The translations under genes and the position numbers were made by a program. A model generated the notes under the pieces. The model searched no databases. It saw only the letters and a list, made by a program, of their open reading frames with translations, and was not told the DNA's origin. Shown in pieces: positions 13,868 to 17,046 of a stretch of DNA of 17,046 nt. The stretch is from NCBI GenBank assembly GCA_034722055.1, contig JAYENL010000103.1:1-17046 (forward strand), written 5' to 3'. Origin of the DNA: Armatimonadota bacterium (GTDB lineage: Bacteria; Armatimonadota; Zipacnadia; Zipacnadales; UBA5352). Each line of letters starts with the position of its first letter. Position 1 is the first letter of the stretch.

Positions 13868-16800
13868 TCAGGACCGGCGCTCCAGGGGTCGGCCGGCCAG
13901 AAGGCGCCCCACGACGTCGGCCAGCTCATCCAGCCGGAAGGGCTTGTGGATGTGCGGCAGGCCCGTGCGGTCGAAGAACGCTTGTGTCTCCGGGCTGAGG
14001 ATGTCCCCGGTGGCGATAACGATGCGCCTCTTCGCATCTGGCATGCTCTCGAGCAGCTTCGTGCATACCTCCTCGCCGCTGATGTCCGGAAGACGCATGT
14101 CGCAGATGATCACGTCGAAGGTGTCATCCAGCGCCTCCGCCAGCCCCTCCTCACCGGTCGGCACCACCACGATGTCATGCCCCAGCCGCGCCAGGTAATC
14201 CTCAACCAGCGTGCACAGCGCCGGCTCGTCCTCGATGAACAGCACCCGACCGGTCCTCAGCTCATCGCCGGCCGGCTCCTCCATAAGCTCCTCGGCGGTC
14301 TCTTCATCCTGGATCGGCGCCACCGGCAGGCGCAGCGTGAAGCGGGCTCCCCCCTCAACGTTCTCGGCCGTGATGCTGCCGCCGTGGCTCTCGACGATGC
14401 GCCTGCAGATGCTCAGGCCCAGCCCCGTGCCGGCCCCGCGAGGCTTTGTCGTGAAGAACGGCTCGAAGATGCGGTCGATCACATCCTCGGCCAGGCCCGG
14501 CCCGGTGTCGGTGACGCTGAGGCACACCATCTCGTCCTCGGCCCACGTCTCGGCACGTATCGTCCCGCCGCCCTGCTGCTGCATCTCGTAGTAGGCGTTG
14601 TCCACCAGGTTGTAGACGACCTGCTGGATCTGTCCGTGGTCGGCCACGATCGGGGGCAGCTCCTCCTGCAGGCTCGTCTCCACCTGGATGCTGGCGGCCC
14701 GCAGGTCGTAGGCCCGGAGGTCGAGCACGCCGCGCACAAGCCCGTTGAGCGGGAACTTCGCCGGCCGCTCGTCAGTCTGGCGCGCGAAGTTAAGCAGGTT
14801 CTTGGCCATGGTGCGGCAGCGCGCGGCCTCATCGGCCAGGGTCGCCGCCGCCCGAGAGTGCGCACTGTCCACGAGCTGGCTCTCCAGCAGCTCGGCGTAG
14901 CCGGAGATGGTGGTCAGGGGGTTATTCAGCTCGTGGGCGATGCCTGCGATCAGCGTGCCCACCGAGGCCAGCCGCTCCGCCTGCATGAGCTGGGCGGTCA
15001 GCTCCGTCTCCGTCGTCACGTCCCGCGCGATTCCGTGGATGATATCGTTCTGGCCCGAGCGGGGGAGGACATTGGCGCGAAGCTGCACCACCGCGACCGT
15101 CCCGTCAGCGCAGCTCATGTGCAGCTCGATCTGCTCGTCCTGCGGCTCGCCCTGCAGCAGCCCATCCACGTAGGCCCGCGCCTTGGGCACGGACTCGGGC
15201 GCCACGACGTCCCAGAACCGCAGACGCGAGAAGTCCTCCTGGCTGTAGCCGAGGATGCGCACCGCAGCCCGGTTGATGTAGAGGAATCTGCCATCGAGAT
15301 CGTGCGTGTAGATGATGTCATTGGCGTGCTCGGCCAGATCCCGGTAGCGCTCCTCCGACTGCTCAAGGCGCTGCTCCGTGCGCCATCTGGAGGTGACGTC
15401 CCTCGCCACTCGCACGCAGCCGGCGGTACGCCCCTCGTCGTCGCGGAGCGGCGTAACCTGCACGCGGTGTATGCGACCCCGGGTGCGATGCACGGCCGAC
15501 TTGGGGGACACCCCGGTCGCGATGCACTCGCTCAGCATCTCCTCCTGCTGGGGGCATCTGCCCAGCACCTGGCCGAGCGTTGCCCCGGTCACCTCTCTCT
15601 CCGTCATGTCCGCGAACTGCAACGTGGAGGTGTTGGATGCCACGATCCGCCCGGTGCGGTCGTGCACCGTGACCATCTCGGGGATGCTGTCGAACGTCTG
15701 CCGCCAGCGGTCGCGGGCGTGCTGGACGTGCTCCAGCAGCATCATGTGCTGGACGATGATCCCCAGTTGCGACCCCACGTTGCTCAGCGCCTCAACGTCC
15801 GCGTCGGACACCCGGCGAGCTGGAGGCATCACCACCATGAGGGCCCCGACGGCGCGGGTGAGACCGCTCAGAGGCACCGACACTCCGTCGCAGGCCTCAC
15901 CGGGCCCCGCCTCGGCGGGTAGCTCCAATCGCTCCGGCGCCGAGCTCGCGACGCTCCTGGCGACCGGGTGATCGTCCTCTCTGGCGAGGCGCTCGGGCAG
16001 GGAGGGCGCGCTGCCGCTGACGCAGGCTCGGGTCAGCACCGCGCTGGAGTCCTCGACCAGGTAGACAGCGACCAGCACCGCGTCCAGCAGCCCCAGCACC
16101 TCATCCGTGGCGGCCCGGACAACTGCTGCCAGCCGCGGGGCCTCAAGGGCCGCGCTGGTCACCCGATCCAGCAGCGCGAGGCGCTGCTGGCGCTCCCGCG
16201 CCGCCCGTTCGCCCTGATAGACGTGCACCACCAGCGCGTTGCCGATAAAGAGGCTCCCCAGCACGCCTACGATGCGCGCCGTCCAGCCGCTGGTGCCCAG
16301 CGGCAGCAGCCCTGTGACCCCAAGCACCGCCGCCACCGCCCAGCAGAAGAAGGCTGCGCCGAACATCCGGGAGCTACCGTCTCCCAGCACCCGGCGCTCC
16401 CACAGGATCCAGGCGCAGGTGAACAGAGCCCCTGCCACTGCCACTCGCAGCCCCTGCTCGAACATGAGGAAAGCACTGTCGGCGGCGGCAACGCGCACCA
16501 CAGCCCGGAGGGGGCCATAGAACGGCAGGACCCACACGACCACCGTCGAAAGGATGGCGATGGTCGCGGCGATGACCAGGAGAATCTGTCTGAGGGGGGG
16601 ATGATCGGACCGGAGGCTCCCGTCGCGCACCAGCGCCAGCACACCCCAGGAGATGAGGAGGCCGGCGGTGGCGTAGGCCAGAGTGCTCCCGGCCGTCCTG
16701 AGGCCGGGGGCCGCCAGGAAGAGCTGAGTGGGAGCCAATCGCAGGGCCAGAACGCCGAAGCCGAAGGCCATCAGCAGCAGACCGGCGCGCTGGCGCCGGT

Positions 16801-16990
16801 CGTGCAGGACCAACAGCAGGTAAATCCCGGCAGCGAGGCACAGGAAGTCGATAACGTTCAGCAAGCTGTGAGCACTCGCTGCGACCGGGGCCAATGTCTC
16901 AGGCATCGGCAGAAACCACTCACGGATGAGGTCAAGGGACGAACCAAGAGCCCCCAGAGTGTTCCGCAGGTCAACGCCCAGCCCGGACAT
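13868..16990 (-). CDS. Membrane hybrid sensor histidine kinase (multi-TM, GAF, PAS, PAS, HisKA, HATPase, REC)
   Basis: H-box IAHELNNPL, N-box NLVDNA, G1 DTGPG, F-box FEPFFTTK, G2 GTGLGLS. REC motifs FIEDE, IICDMRLPD and KPF. PAS-end motifs ARDVT (x2). About 7-8 N-terminal TM segments. Start is ATG 16990 or ATG 16906; the track's TTG 17008 lies inside a promoter spacer. Confidence 0.9.
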   Translation of the reverse strand: MSGLGVDLRNTLGALGSSLDLIREWFLPMPETLAPVAASAHSLLNVIDFLCLAAGIYLLLVLHDRRQRAGLLLMAFGFGVLALRLAPTQLFLAAPGLRTAGSTLAYATAGLLISWGVLALVRDGSLRSDHPPLRQILLVIAATIAILSTVVVWVLPFYGPLRAVVRVAAADSAFLMFEQGLRVAVAGALFTCAWILWERRVLGDGSSRMFGAAFFCWAVAAVLGVTGLLPLGTSGWTARIVGVLGSLFIGNALVVHVYQGERAARERQQRLALLDRVTSAALEAPRLAAVVRAATDEVLGLLDAVLVAVYLVEDSSAVLTRACVSGSAPSLPERLAREDDHPVARSVASSAPERLELPAEAGPGEACDGVSVPLSGLTRAVGALMVVMPPARRVSDADVEALSNVGSQLGIIVQHMMLLEHVQHARDRWRQTFDSIPEMVTVHDRTGRIVASNTSTLQFADMTEREVTGATLGQVLGRCPQQEEMLSECIATGVSPKSAVHRTRGRIHRVQVTPLRDDEGRTAGCVRVARDVTSRWRTEQRLEQSEERYRDLAEHANDIIYTHDLDGRFLYINRAAVRILGYSQEDFSRLRFWDVVAPESVPKARAYVDGLLQGEPQDEQIELHMSCADGTVAVVQLRANVLPRSGQNDIIHGIARDVTTETELTAQLMQAERLASVGTLIAGIAHELNNPLTTISGYAELLESQLVDSAHSRAAATLADEAARCRTMAKNLLNFARQTDERPAKFPLNGLVRGVLDLRAYDLRAASIQVETSLQEELPPIVADHGQIQQVVYNLVDNAYYEMQQQGGGTIRAETWAEDEMVCLSVTDTGPGLAEDVIDRIFEPFFTTKPRGAGTGLGLSICRRIVESHGGSITAENVEGGARFTLRLPVAPIQDEETAEELMEEPAGDELRTGRVLFIEDEPALCTLVEDYLARLGHDIVVVPTGEEGLAEALDDTFDVIICDMRLPDISGEEVCTKLLESMPDAKRRIVIATGDILSPETQAFFDRTGLPHIHKPFRLDELADVVGRLLAGRPLERRS

Positions 16991-16995
16991 CTGGT

Positions 16996-17024
16996 ATCCT
17001 ATCAGCAAAGCCCGGCCGCGTCAA
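16996..17024 (-). promoter_or_regulatory. sigma70-type promoter (extended -10) for the hybrid kinase
   Basis: Minus strand TTGACG (17024-17019), 17-nt spacer ending TGA, TAGGAT (17001-16996). Confidence 0.65.
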
Positions 17025-17046
17025 ATCTGCTCGGTGATAGGTAAAG

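Noticed and set aside
9917..17044. Long antisense ORFs (9917-11386, 11762-13498, 13946-15922, 15968-17044)
   Set aside because: They are antisense shadows of well-supported genes, expected in high-GC DNA, and have no motifs of their own.

Overview
High-GC bacterial chromosomal window. The gene repertoire (a stalk-domain/Ig-like exported protein, GTAG/GTGG and CCTGGGA REP-like palindromes, a SigH-like promoter motif) suggests Armatimonadota or a similar lineage, but this is only an inference. Bases 234-8077 (+) hold nine tightly packed genes behind a strong sigma70-type promoter: a LapA-domain membrane protein, an LppM/DUF3153-like exported protein, low-specificity threonine aldolase (ltaE), a YprB-like DEDDy exonuclease, an MFS transporter, a sugar-phosphate nucleotidyltransferase, a polytopic membrane protein, an apparent DUF3830-RNase HI fusion and a dual-specificity phosphatase. 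A REP/BIME-like palindrome cluster (8097-8552) separates this run from a convergent 859-aa Fe-S flavoenzyme. That enzyme has a DHOD/PreA-type FMN barrel N-terminal to a GltD/PreT/DsrL-like FAD-NAD(P)H module and a 2x[4Fe-4S] ferredoxin, the reverse of eukaryotic dihydropyrimidine dehydrogenase order. A second repeat-rich spacer leads to a secreted stalk/Ig-like protein, convergent with a membrane GAF-PAS-PAS hybrid histidine kinase. No rRNA, tRNA, CRISPR array, transposase or integrase was recognised. The most novel-looking items are the rearranged single-chain DPD-like enzyme, the DUF3830-RNase HI fusion co-transcribed with a second RNase H-fold nuclease, and the REP cluster with compensatory base changes. 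All family calls come from motif recognition by eye, not database searches.
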